From Parasitella parasitica NRRL 2501 (Eukaryota; Fungi; Mucoromycota), in NCBI GenBank assembly GCA_025201805.1, contig MU619308.1:70443-134442 (forward strand): a stretch of DNA of 64,000 bases. The letters run 5' to 3'. This document shows, piece by piece, positions 47,831 to 62,690 of the stretch. Position 1 is the first letter of the stretch; each line of letters starts with the position of its first letter. The notes under the pieces were generated by a model. The model was not told the origin of the DNA, did not search any database, and saw nothing but the letters and a program-made list of their open reading frames with translations. The position numbers and the translations under genes are program-made.

Positions 47831-49480
47831 CTAATGCCATGAAAGTAATCTAGTTAATTTGGTGTTTGGTACTTCAAAAAACGAATAACCTACAGCAATC
47901 CATGAGTAACCTGATGCAATCATATATAATTTTCAATTTATACCTTGACGAGCTACCAATATCTCTATAATAGGGCTCAACATTGCTTCATAGTCCACAT
48001 CTGGATCATTCAACTCAGGAATTCCACTTGTCCACCCTTTCTTAATAACACCCCAATTATACATATCAACTGGAGTAAATGTGCAAGGAAAAGCTTTGAC
48101 CAAAGGACCAAAAAACTCGGGATGAGCATCAATATCAGAATAAACATCGTTTGTCAAGTAGTAGATAGGATACGAATTGTCGACCGTTTTTACATATTCG
48201 ATGCAGGCTAGTAGCATTTCGCTTCTTTTCGTTTGGTCTTGCTGTGTCAAATCCTTCAACTTTGATTTCTGAAATGGCAATGCTGCAGAAAGCGCTTGAT
48301 GGATAGGCATATCACCCTCTAATTCACGCACCAGAGACAGCATGAGTTCGTTTTGCGCTGAATGGTCCAATTGCTGCAACAACTCTTCTGGAGAATAGGG
48401 CACGCCGTCTGCATGCTCCAGCTTCAAATGATTGACAAAGGCTGTTCCTTCAATTTCGGCAATTTCTCTAGCCATGGATATTTGATTGACTAGCTCGGTT
48501 TTCGTTACATCTCCCAAATTCATGTGCATTACGTTGTAAATTCCTGAACCTCCCAGTTTGCTGGTGATTTTCTCGGCCACTAAGTTGATTTGATTGAACT
48601 GATTTGGTGAGGTAAATACCTTGCTCCTCAATGCTACTTGTAACTTTGTTTGCTTCTTGCTTATTTTCGTTTGATATCGAAGACCAAATACCAACGATCC
48701 AAATTGAATGTAGCGCTCCTCTATTTGCAATAGCTTATCTGAAGTCACCAAGGTTTTGAGAGGAGTAGCTAATTTGGTGCTGGCTTCCACCTCATTTCGT
48801 TGACCACTATTTGTAAACAGATTTGACCAAGAACCTCTATTTATTACCTTTTGTTGATCTTGAATATCCCAATCTGAGCCGTTGCTAGGGAAACTAGTGG
48901 GATCTACAGCCACAATATCATGCTGCGTCAATTTCAAATGAGACAACATGGGCTCGTGCATACCCCAGCCATGTCCCCATTTGCGTTCAAGGACACGAAT
49001 CCCAAACCGAGTGTTGAGTTCCTTCAGATTGAAAAACGATGACCAAGGTAATTCAATCCATTGATTCAAATCTCCACAGGGCTGAAATTCTGTGCGCCAA
49101 TCTTTCTTATCAAGTAGGCAAGTTGCCTTTAACAATTCCTTGTCTTGCGATTCGTAGTATTTCTGTAAAATTGTATATGGTGCCCAGGGTATATCTTTCG
49201 TTCCCAATCGAACTTGAGGTAGGATGAGCGTGCGATTCGTCTCCAGCGCAATACGAAACGCGTTCCTTACTGCTTCGTGTTGTGAAGCGAAATCACCATG
49301 AGGAAAAAACGACATAAACTTTTCATGTTCACTGGCCTTGACATTAGGTTGTTTAGTATCGATGATTAACGGAGTTGTTTCAATGATGGTTTCCTTGGGT
49401 TTATACACAAAATGAGCAAATAGAAATGCAACTGTAATGAATAGAGCTACAGCACTTGTGATCCGCAGAGCATTCTTCAT
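47831..49480 (-). CDS. Type II membrane GDP-fucose O-fucosyltransferase-like (O-FucT/CigA-like) protein
   Basis: N-terminal signal-anchor; EKFMSFFPHGDFASQHEAVRNAFRIALETNRTLILP, PWSSFFNL, LGGSGIYNVMH, IYYLTND. The last intron (~47944-47890) joins GYSFFEVPNTKLTRLLSWH*. Confidence 0.7.
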
Positions 49481-49717
49481 GTTTAATTAACTGTGACAAA
49501 GGAGAGAAAGAAAGAGTGAACGATGAAAAAGACAAAGAAACAAAAATAAATAGGAGACCCTTTTTCTATGCTAAAACAGGCAGTCTTTCTGCATATATGG
49601 TTTCATCCATTTTGTGTAATTTTATCAAGCTTTTAATTAATACGATTCATTATCTCACAGGCAATAACAAGGGGATTTATTTAATCATAAGAATGGTATA
49701 ATATACATGATTGTTAT

Positions 49718-50906
<1,189 letters not shown>

Positions 50907-53900
50907 TTGTGTGTATATGTATGTATTTGTGTGTGAGTAAAAATGATAGAAGGAAAGAAAGATGCCTTGATAAAATCTTGTCTTTTTATAACAAGTGCCT
51001 TGTCATGTCTAGCTATTCCCAATCATGTGGCAATGATTATATAGAGTTGATAGTATTTTATATATATCAGGCATATATGCAGACAGGTTATCTACTTTAT
51101 TGCCATATTTTGGCCCCTTGTGTGTCCCATCGATTTCCTATCTTTTCCTGATTTGAGCCAATCTTATGTATCCTGACTTTCGGACTGATGAGATCATCTG
51201 CACTTTTTGCTTCTTTTTTTGTTGTTCACCAGATTTGCATTCGTAATTTGGGTCTATATCAGACACATAGAGTATAGCCATGGTTCTCTGCTGATAATTG
51301 ATATCATTGTAAAAGGATGATACAGTGCTTGGTGTGTGTAACAGTAAATAAAGGAACTAATCTTATCAAATTTCTTATCATTGACTCCATGAGAATATGC
51401 ACGAACAGATCTTTATGTACATTTATCTGCTAAAAATGCTGGTAAATTTTCTAATCAAACTTGTTATAATATGATCTTTAGGGTTGATTGGTCGGCAAGA
51501 GAGCTCCATCGAATTCTGATATAAGCGGTATAGAATGTCTCTGCCCTACAAAGTATGTGGCATCATCATACCATCGAACGCCCAGCAAAACAAAGTTGTT
51601 ACGAGTTATTTATCTTTTCGTGCAACTATGCAAAAAAACATTTATGGACACAACGCAAATCACAGGGACAGTGTGTACATACATAATATGTATTTGACTT
51701 GCCATTTGAGTTTATTTAGACGAACAAGCAGACTATGGCGTTTAATTTTGCTTTTCATAGACAAGCATCATAGATACATGCTCATTTGCTTGTATTGCAT
51801 GATATTATGTTGCATGATTCAACGTAGTGTAATAAAACGTCATTATCAGATGATGGCATAGGATTGTTTATCGATATTCTATATTAAGTTGATTTGCATT
51901 CAAGATCAAATGCAGCATTTTAAGTTAAAGATGTATTCATATGTACCTATACTGTTTAAACTAAGATCTTATCATATAAATGCTGGGCGAAGCTAATCAA
52001 ATATAAATGTTGCTATAAAGGGGGAAGATTTTAGATCAATCAATATAATAAACCATAAATTTATTCCGGCTCTGACGTCTTCCAGTTCCAAATACATGGC
52101 ACTATCTTACAACGCAAGGATTAATAATAATATATGGATATTGATACATGGCAGACACTAGAAACACAATTTTCTTTTCAAAAGATTTAACAGAAACCTC
52201 AAAAGACTATACCTGCTCATTAACAGCATGGCATTCATATGTTTAAGCCCACCTTTGGTAGAGTGACCGAATCGCTATTTTCTCTGACGAGAGTCTGTGT
52301 GCAACCTTAATATTCTCTACAAACAGCGGCTCAAATAAACAGAGAATTCCATATTTTTCTGAGTTGCACGATGCGAAATGTATTATTATTTTTTACTGAG
52401 CACTATTGGTTTATGATGTTACAATTTAAAAGTGATTTGGCGTATGTATACAACCACCTACCAGACGTATAAGATGCTATCGTTACACAGGCAAAGCCCA
52501 CCAACTATGGTTTCGATTAGATCTATGGTGGATATCATCTTTAAAACTGGGACTTTTCATTTCTGTATAAATTATTTGAATGTATTTTAAACTGGCATGT
52601 CCAATTGAGAAAATTTTAGGTCCATTGAATAGATTGACAGAGTATATATTGATCTGATAATGATTGGAATGTATATGTTTATGATTAGAACACCTCAGTA
52701 AGATTTGATCTTTGGTGCAGTACAGATAAAACTTTAGGCAACTTGATTCAGATACAATTTTGCCACATACTTGTGGTTTTCTCATAGGAGGGGAGACGGT
52801 CATATATATAATGCTATAATCAATGATGGCCTGTACTTCTTATTGATGAAAGCCGTAAATTTTTAAATAAATAGATTGTGTCAGTACCTGGTTTTCACAG
52901 CCTAATCCATGTAGCCATTCTACCAAAGTGCAAATAGAAATAGACGCTGGTAAGTCGACAACGCATTGGGTTTTCATCCAAATTTTTTTCTATACATCAT
53001 AAATATTCCCATTTTATAATCTCTATTGTGGACTTATAAGCGACTGCTTGAGCATTTTCTTACTCTGGTTAATTTTGGCACTTCTTTTATTTCGAGACTC
53101 AATGTCCGCTTTGCAATTATCTTTGCACAAAGTAAAAAAATAGCCCTAGCATTAGTCTATCAATATTTTATATTAAGAAGACTATCTAAAATTATAAATC
53201 ATTAACTCAATTTCTATATTTTATGTGTTTGAAGAGATACGTAACATAGCAACGTGACGGCCAAAGCTAGATCTGATCAATATACAACGATTTGGCTCTA
53301 CAATTGTCATCAGAGGGGTAACAAGTACAATAACTTTAACAATGTCGGAGAAAATAGGCTTTAAATCTGCTCTTATAGACAGGTTCGAAAGTCGTCTCCT
53401 GACCCAAATCCGATTCTCAGTTTGATAGCAAATGTACAGGACAGGTAGCTTGACCATTATAGAATGACACAACTTCTGTCAGATACAGTGATTAACAAGC
53501 AATCTTCCCAAAAACCTGGATACAGGGAATTCTGGAAAAAGTGTGTTTATCAAAGAAAAAAGTTACACTCGTTATGTAACAAATTATGTTTACTAAATAC
53601 CAATTTTTGTATGTTCAGCAGCTGTTTCAGGCTTTTCTGTCAAAAGTGAAGGCCAAATTAATGTTTTTGGGCGTCTGTCGGCCGTCATCTAGTATTGAAG
53701 CGTTAAAACGTGTAGTATTAGCCTGTGTGGTAGGTAGGCTTGTCGATGCTTAGAGTAAAATAAATTGCTGGTATAATCATACATCACTTACAGATCAAGA
53801 TATATCTTTGATAATTTACGTATACAGATAATTTACTTAGCAAGGCTCTTTACTTAAAACTGAAACACTACGCACTCTTTGGACGCTTTCATGCTTGATT

Positions 53901-54659
53901 TGAGAATTTAAATCTAATTTCTTTTACCTATTGCTCTGTATACAGAACTATGCTAATAATTTAATCAAGATTAAGCGAAAAAAAATCAGGGTCATTACGC
54001 GAATGCATCGTATCAATGTGCATTATACGTTCTTTCGTATTCATCATCAGTTAAAGGGATAAAGGCCACTTTTTCTTCAATTTCTAAAAAGTTGGCATGC
54101 AATTATCATTTATTCATTTATTAAATTAAAGAAAAACTCATTGTTGGTTGACTTGGTGCCAGAAATGCCACTTTTCGGCCCTTAAGATACATTGTAGTAT
54201 ATTTACCATGCCTCATAAACCTATTTTAAGCATAATATCATCTTGCATGACTTGATTATAGCTTCTTCATATTTCAAAGAGACACTTTATCCTACCCTTA
54301 AGTCAATCAATTCTCTCGTGTGTTTGAGATTTGGACAATTTTTTGATTAAGCATTTCTGGATGTTCATTTTTTATAAGCTTTTACTACAAGCCTTCAAAT
54401 ACATGTGTAAATTACTCTTGGTAACACCCCGTTGTAGTCCTTTTATGGGAGTTAATCAACCACCTTTTTTACCAGTATATACCGAACTCTATGTGACGAT
54501 TGCAGTCATTTATAAGCTCTGATATCTTTATTATATCTATATACTCTCTGCATATGATACAACATTTAATATCCAATACTGATTTTCAATTTCAATTGGG
54601 TACTTCTCACAATTTATTAGAATCAGGAACCGTATATGTTTCATTCATGAGTCATTAGA

Positions 54660-55127
54660 TCACTTTGATTTTTGTTTGCCCTTGTTTTTGGCAGGCGCTG
54701 GTTCCTTGATCTGTTTGTTTTTGCCTTTTATCCTCTTGCTGGTTCTCAGGGTTTGTTTACGTTGTGCTTGTGGTTCTGATTGGGGTTCGGCAATAGCAGG
54801 GTCCACATTTTCATTATTATCAACTTGCTCAGAGAATTTTGCATCAGCCTGATTGTCCGCAAATCGATGGTCAATGGAGTTATGAAATATGTCATTGAAT
54901 ATAGGATACAGAGCATCTATCGAAGAATGATCAGTCTATAAGATTGAATAGCATATCAAATCTACATAGACCAGCGGCATACTCCCGTCAACTTGTTTTA
55001 AAGACTGTAATATCTTTCTTAGAGTCTCTTTCTTGCTTGTTAAAATGGTTGCATCATTCTCGAGCAGCCTCAGTTGAATGTCAATGTGAAACTGATACAA
55101 GCTGCCATCAATAGAAGGAGGATTCAT
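54660..55127 (-). CDS. Small orphan protein (133 aa) with Lys-rich C-terminus; paralogue of 55803-56380
   Basis: Exon 55127-54983, phase-1 GT-AG intron 54982-54917 and exon 54916-54660 give MNPPSIDGSLYQF...VDGNALYPIFNDIFHNSI...KRIKGKNKQIKEPAPAKNKGKQKSK*. Confidence 0.6.
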
Positions 55128-55802
55128 AATTTACCAATTAACTGTATACAAAAGAAAGAAAAGAGATGTTGAAAGTTATTTTTTTATTTTTATTTTTGGC
55201 GATCTAAGTTGGACTGTTCCGTTTGATAGACATATGTTTACTTGATAAATAGGTAAATTACTATCACTGTAATGGATGTGTGATAAAATATTTACATGTT
55301 TATAAGTAAAAAGATGCAATACTAAAATTAGATCAAAGCGTTCATATCGTTCCAGTATATCAAAATAGCTTTTCTCATGTAAAACATAGCACATTCTCCC
55401 ATCGCAAAGTGGAAACATGTAAAAAAAGACAAAACCATAGTGAAAACAGGTTGTGAGTAGACTATGAAATACCAGATACAGCAACAGTTCCTCATTTAGA
55501 GCCCGATAGTGCTCGTTATAAACCATCAAATGTTCAAATTCAATTATTTAAAACTGAACTATTCTCTGACTTTATGCACAGCTATAACAACTGGAAAGAA
55601 TTGCTAATATGCTACTGATTTCCTGTCGCTTTTATTTTCATGCCATATGTAATTGACACAGTGATACAGATGTATATCCTCACTGATCAAAATGCAAGGT
55701 TATGCTTTGATTAGTTTTATTAACACCGAGTATTTTGAACTGGTATATTCCAAAGTGGTATTTTACCTTTGAATGCATTCAAGTGCCGTAATTTTATTGC
55801 GT

Positions 55803-56380
55803 CTACTTCATAATAGCAGGCTGCTTAGCTGCTTTTCCTTTGGCTCTCTTTTTAGGAGCAGAGGAAAGTCGCTTCCTCTTCCTATGCTCCTTTTTGAGGA
55901 CTTTTTTATATAGAGATTTGTCTTTGCATTGCTTCGATTTTCTGGGCTGTATTATATTGACAATTACTTTGCGAACACCTGCATCGTGCGATCCCTCCTG
56001 TCTACTGTTTGGTTTTGCAGGCTTGACAATTTTGGTGATATTATTCGTGTTTGTGTCACCATTAAATGCAATGTGCGTGATTCCTGCGATACTTGCTTTG
56101 TCCACTTGTCGTGGGGATTGGACAGACGGCTCGAATATTCTAGTTATAAAAGAGCGTATTACATCTAATATGATTACTTTAGTTAGAATCTTTTTTATAT
56201 AGTTCCATACTTGCTTCCATCTACGGATCTACAGTAAGTTAACAGAGATATTATTTTCTCTTTCTCGTCATTTTTATACAATTGGGATCTGTTCAATTCA
56301 ACTAATCGTGACTGATAGAGAACATTGAACTGGTATAGTTGATTGTCAATTGGTAAAGGTTCTTTTTCTTGCAAATTCAT
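55803..56380 (-). CDS. Small orphan protein (175 aa) with Lys/Arg-rich C-terminus; paralogue of 54660-55127
   Basis: Exon 56380-56215, phase-1 GC-AG intron 56214-56165 (GCAAGT donor, CTAAC branch) and exon 56164-55803 give MNLQEKEPLPIDNQLYQF...VDGNVIRSFITRIFEPSV...KKEHRKRKRLSSAPKKRAKGK. Confidence 0.6.
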
Positions 56381-58952
56381 AATACTTAGGATCAAAGGTT
56401 GTAGAAACAATGGTAAAAAAAAAGAGAATACCTTCGCGAACAGATCAAGCGCTATTGTTGTTAGAGCTAATTTCCAGCCCGAAACGTGAGTTCAAAATAA
56501 CCAACACTAGTTGTCGCTACTCCATGACCTATAGTAGCATATTGTTTAATAATGTGCACTTTGCCTGCGGTTTTTATTAGATAGTTTTTTCTCTGTAATC
56601 ATGAGTTACTTGATAGCCTTCGTGTAAAGCTCAGATAGTATTTAATATCACACCAGATATAGTTCAAAGTTTGGCGCTATTCTGATTAGCGCTTGATAAT
56701 ACAATTAATACTTACAATACTTGATATTATATATTAATTACAGTGTTGTGATTAATGTCATGGATGATACACCAATGTAACTGCTTGGTATTTTGAGTTT
56801 CCCGTTTAATTATCCAGTGTACAATTAAGCATTCAAGCTCAAATTTACCCTAGCAGAAAATAACGAACACAGATTTACTGTCGATGCGTCTAACTGCTGC
56901 TAATATTTCTTTGAGGCTCTTTTCATCATTGAGCAAGATTAATATAAAGTGGTAGTCTATTTAACTGATGAAAACAATAATAGCGACAGAATGCAAACAT
57001 CTGAGAGCTCTCAGCTTAAGGGAATAATTATACATATGACTAAATAAACCAACAGTTATAGCAAGGTGAATGCCTAAAACTCTGCAACGATGTAAAGGGA
57101 ATAGAATACTATTAGAACACAAAACTTTGATATAAAAGTTTATAGTGGATACTTGTACCAACAACCTAAAAATCAACCAATTTTCTGATAAATAATTGCT
57201 CTACTATCGAATGCGCAATACGTCGAAAACCAAAGAGATGATAGACTATCATCAACTTTAAGCGTAGACAGGCGTTATATTGGAAACTGATTATCTGTTT
57301 TTTTGCAATAGCGCCACAGAGATATCAAAAAAGCGTTAGGTCTGCTGACTAACAGCTCGCGGATCATCTTATTAGCTTCAAACAGCTTTAAATAATACAC
57401 ATAACAATACAATTGTTGTAAGTCTCGCAGTATTAGTTTAAATATGTCTATGTTGCCCTTAAGACGTTAATCCTCTACATATGCTGTTGTTACTTTTTCT
57501 TAGAAGTGTATGTAATATGACAGTATGTATTTTTTACATAATAATTGATAGAACACAAAACTCCAGTATTGTAGTTATGGTACATATTACCATTAGGGTA
57601 CACAAAACAACCTGATTCCTTAATATATAATGTCGAGAGTACGCAGACAGAGATAGACATGCTTTTTAAGTAGATTGATTTTTTTAAGATAATTCATAAC
57701 ACGTGTACTCAAGAAGCGAAATAGTAGTACTCATATGCAATTATTGCCACTACTTTTCCCTGCCGTTTACCAGACAGTATTATCCAGGCAACAAACCACA
57801 ACAGTGGGTATTGTTTCCAAAAAGAAAAGATAAAGTATCGTCCAATAGTGATGCGGTTGACTCTACCTTTAACACGACTATGCTGCAACCAATGCAACTG
57901 ATCCTCAAATTAACGACTTTGGCCCTCAAGCTCCCTACTAAAGTCAAGTTTCTCCGGACTGAAGATGTTAACACCATTAAAAAGGTTCCAACCATCTCAA
58001 ACACAAGGCTAACACGGTGATTGAAGCATTGAAAAGTGCGGGCAAGAAAGTTATTGAGAATCAACTAAGATTATAACTATCCTCCTGAACGTCCACCTTC
58101 CCAAGATACAGCAATAGGTCGCATTAACGTGTGTTACACTCTTTTTGTTCAACGGCTCTTATTTAATGACCATTCTGGTCCTTCTTACCCTGTTATAACC
58201 AGAGCTTTTCGACGAGCGGGTGCCACTTTAGGCCAACTCTCTGATATTCCAAGTATAATTAGAATTTTTCATTAACGCTTGTGCAAAGAACTTCGCCACA
58301 CAACTAAGATATTAGAGTACATTTACTCCCTGCTGGCTTAATGTAACGGCAATACTCCTCTTCAGCGAGAAATTTACTAGACAAAGAAAACTTATCGTTA
58401 ATGTATAAGGAATATGCAAGCTCTGAACGAGAACTTACGACGATAATGGAGAGGATTGTGTTTCGTTTTGCACACACAGCTGATTTATAAGTCCCCAAAT
58501 GCTTCGGTGTGATGGGTGAGTTGGCCCGTTTTTTTCCACTTTGAAGTATAAAAATTCATGCTATATTTTTCCGCACATATTGTCAGAAGAATCATAATAT
58601 CGTTGTGGGTTAAGTCTCCCGACGGGGATTCTATACACGGAAGCTTTCACGGCCTTGTACTCAATTATCTTTAAAATATTAGCTGGAAACTTCTTATCTT
58701 GTTTATTGAAGAGCAAAAATAGATCCACTCGTAGCTAAATCAGGAAAATGGTTGTCCATTTTGTGCATGTTGGACAATTTCACCTTGGTTTTTGTATTAA
58801 CTTGCCTCTGTAGGTATCGACTTATTAGATTCAAATGATTTTATTCAATAATGCTGAGTTGTTGCTATATTTTCTGGGTTTGATCGTCGTCCAAAGTTCC
58901 GCAATAAGCAAAGCTTGCGAACAAATGTTTCTGCTTCATGGAAATAAAATCT

Positions 58953-59384
58953 GCTGAGATCTGCAAAATCGAAAATAAGAAAAGTATAAAATAAAACGTT
59001 GAATTAACGAGATACGACAACTTGAGATTACTTTATTAAATATTCAACTTTGCATCCGCTGTTTTACTTTTTACAACTACATAAATTCTTGGTGAATTAT
59101 TTAGAATACCTAATCAATACTAATCGATAAGAGTAATTTGCAAGCAACATCATATCCTTAACAAGGTACGACGTATTATTATACTACAAGGCTATTGATT
59201 TTTGATCTGACAGTACCTTATTAGTTGTCAATAACACAGATCGGTGTTATAGATAACCTTCTTGATTTGAAACAAAGGCTTATCCTCCTGTTTCGACAAG
59301 TATAACAACACATCATTGGACAATCTCTAATCTTTAATCAAAGTACATTTTGATGATCTCCTATCCTAGATTATGGCAGATCAG
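58953..59384 (-). repeat. Repeat module A, inverted copy
   Basis: Reverse complement of 42990-43421 with scattered substitutions; followed by a partial module B at ~59390-59500. Confidence 0.9.
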
Positions 59385-59637
59385 AAGAATAAAACTGTTT
59401 TCGAAGATAACTTTGGATAAAGGCCTCGCCCAATGATGTAACCCAAGTTATGCTCGGATAGCGACAATCATTTCTGGTTTTATGAAGCATAATACAGTTG
59501 TTGTATCCATATAAAGGCTACATATGTCATATCTAACTTAGTCATAATGCATGGATCATGATATTAATTGTTGGTAATTTTTTTACAAATAAGGAATAAG
59601 CTACAAGTTGTAATTAGACCTCTTGCAAAGTTCCAGG

Positions 59638-60456
59638 TGTTATATCAATAACATGGCAAGGTCTCACATCAGGATCTCAGATCAGTCCCAGGGTCTTACA
59701 GTAAATCATGGGTAGTCATGATTTACATTATGCAGCTAGACAGTAGAACCCTAGTGTAATGAATGTGTATATAATACATTGGGAGATGTATTATGAACAA
59801 AAGTGTAATTCTTTGGCAGATCTATTTTATCAGACTTTTGACATAACACCAGGCTTATTAAAAGAATATATCTAGATCAGATCGCGGGATGTCGGGAAGA
59901 CATCCTACCCAATCCTCTTTTTAATGTAAAATAGAAAGATAGGTCTGTCCTGGAAATGCTGAGATTTAATAAGGTTTGACACTTCTTGTCAAACATCAGA
60001 TGTTGTGTGGATAAACATTGATTGAGAGTATATTTTAGTATAAATAGAGATTCTATCTTATGTCAATAAAAGTCTTCAGTTTTGTATCTGGTTTTATTCA
60101 GAAAAGTATTTATTACTTTATACAAACAGCATTTGCATAACATTACGCTGCGCCCTTTGACACTGGCACAATAACAGTGTTTGTTTTGCTCTTTATAGTA
60201 AACTACCAGCAATTTTATGCAGTTTTCACATAGCTTTGGCTTGTTATGCTAAAAGTCTGATCAAATAAATTTGCCAAAGAATTACTCTTCTATTCGTAAT
60301 ACATCTGTCGATGTATTATATACACATTCATTGCACTAGGATTCTACTGTCTAACTGCATAATGTAAATCATGAATACCCATGATTTACTGTAAGACCTT
60401 GGGACTGATCTGGGACCGTGATGTGAGATCTTGCCATGTTATATCAATAACATGGC
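59638..60456. mobile_element. ~820-bp non-autonomous element with ~205-bp imperfect inverted arms, bounded by a 20-bp direct repeat
   Basis: Arms 59648-~59854 and ~60236-60442 are reverse complements; tgttatatcaataacatggc occurs at both 59638-59657 and 60437-60456; no ORF. Confidence 0.7.
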
Positions 60457-60479
60457 TGATACCTTTATGGATAATATCA

Positions 60480-61280
60480 ATAAAAGCATGGATACCAATG
60501 TTGTCTCCAGATAGCGTCAAGTCAATGCTAAGGTGTCCACGTTAGATCGCAGTTCTAGGGTGATTTTAGCAAAAGTTATGAGCAAAAGTCTGATATTCAT
60601 GATAAGTATTGAAAAAAAAAGCTGTTTTTGCAGATAACTTTTGATAAAGGCATTGCCCAGTGAAAACCAAGCTATGCTCATATAGCGATGATTATTTCTG
60701 ATATTATGGCGCATAAAACAGGCTTTGATTTGCTGTTTATCGCAGCCTATCAGCGATTATATGAAATTTTTATATGTAAATTTGTGATATCATCTTATAA
60801 CATTATAGATATTAATACAAAAAATGGTTTTAAATGTTGCTGCTAGATAGCACCAAGTTAATGCTAAGTTTTCCAAGTTAGAGCTCAGTTCCAAAACAAT
60901 TTTAGCAGAAGCTATGAGCAGATATCTGATATTTATGATAAATATTGAAAAATATAACTATTTTTGCAAATAATTTTGGATAGAGGCGTTGCCCAGTGAA
61001 AACCAAGTTATGCTCTTATAGCGATAATCATGCCTTGTCTTATGGCGTATGCAACAGTGTTCATTTTGCTCTTTATCGAAGCCTACCAGCGATTATATGC
61101 AATTTTGATATGTAAATTTGCGATGGCAGCTGATAACTTTATATATATCAATGAAAACATGGATGCCAATGTTGTCACCAGGTAGTACCAAGTCAACGCT
61201 AAGTTTTCCAAGTTAGATCTCGGTTTTACGATCATTTTAGCAGAAGTTATGACCAAATATCTGATATTTATGATAAATTA
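60480..61280 (+). repeat. ~336-bp tandem repeat module B, about 2.4 units
   Basis: ttgcccagtgaaaaccaag occurs at ~60653 and ~60989; gctaag...ttagcagaagttatga..aatatctgatatttatgataaat occurs three times. Confidence 0.9.
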
Positions 61281-62250
61281 TTATTGTGATGGAGTACAAT
61301 TATCTAGTAGTAAGGGTAGAATGATGTACTATGTTAATGGACGGTTGGTGTATCTAATTGTTGACATTGCTATCAGGGTTATTACTTACTATATAATATA
61401 TGTAGATATTATTGGACAAGAAGTAATTGACAGCAATGCGGCGATGTTTATATGAACTATTATAAACTTATATGTAAACAACGATCGGTAGTGACAGATC
61501 AGGTTTTCAGTGATAAGGATGATTTATAGATAATAGATTTGCTAGTATATGAGAAATGTTTATGGTAATAAACTATAGTAGCTATTACAGATATTTTCAC
61601 TAGCGTTCCAATATCTGGTAAAGGTTTTGGACCTATTTATAATAATTGGATGTTTCATGCAAAATGAGACATCATGTAATGTGAATCATTACAATTATTA
61701 TGAAAAGTAAAATTGTTTTTGCACATAACTTTTGATAGCGACACCGCCCAGTAAAACCCAAATTATGCTCAGATAGCGATAATTATGTTTGTCCTATTGG
61801 CACATAGCAGAGGCTTTATCTCGGTCTTTATTGAAGCTTACTATCGATTAAATGCAATTCTGATATAAAGATTTTTTGTTATATTATCATCTGATAGCTC
61901 CTTGGATTAAATAAAGACATGAATGCAGATTTTGATATTGTTGGATCAAAAAAGATAATAAAAACCAAAGATTAACGAGATACAGAAACTTAAAAGATAG
62001 CTTATATAAGATCGAAATTGCATCTGCTATTTAAACCTTTTACAACAACTACATAAATTTATGGTGACTTATTTAAATTACTAATTGACAAGACTAATTC
62101 ACAGTGACAATCTACTTGACAAGGTACGATGTAAGTTAATACAACAAGCGCTCCACGTCTTTGATCTGACAGTGCCTTAACCTTCTTTATCCTGGTGCTC
62201 AGATCTGTGTTACTTACAGGAATATAACCTTCTTGATTTGAAACAGAGTA

Positions 62251-62690
62251 ATCTGCCGTAATGTAGGATAGGAGATCATGATTGTGTATTTCAATTAAAG
62301 ATTGGAGATTGTCTAATGATGTGTTGTTATACTTTTCGAAACAGGAGGATAAGCCTTTGTTTCAAATCAGGAAGGTTATTATCTGTAACACAGATCTGTA
62401 TGATTGACAAACAATGAGGTACTGTCAGATTAAAGATCAATAGCCTTGTAGTATAATAATACATCTTACCCTGTTGTTAAGGATATAATGTTGCTTGCAA
62501 ATTATTTATCGATTAGTATCAACTAGTATTTTTTTAAATAATTCACCAAAAATTTATGTAGTTGTAAAAAGTATAAATAGCAGATGAAAACTTGAATCTT
62601 TAATAAAGTAATCTCAAGTTTTCGTATTATCTCTTTAATTCAACGTTTTATATTGTAATTTTCTTATTTCAATCATTCAGATCTCAACAA
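62251..62690 (+). repeat. Repeat module A, direct copy within the palindrome spacer
   Basis: Closely matches 42991-43421; a more diverged copy follows at ~63130-63545. Confidence 0.9.

Noticed and set aside
50960-51385. Several GATAA sites upstream of glutamine synthetase (AreA-type nitrogen control)
   Set aside because: Plausible, but expected by chance in AT-rich DNA; not supportable without conservation data.
57700-58800. Coding-like fragments on both strands
   Set aside because: Multiple stops and frameshifts and no family I can recognise; left unassigned.
60480-61280. CRISPR-like or integron-like array
   Set aside because: Whole ~336-bp units are repeated with no unique spacers or cassettes; eukaryotic context with no cas or integrase gene.
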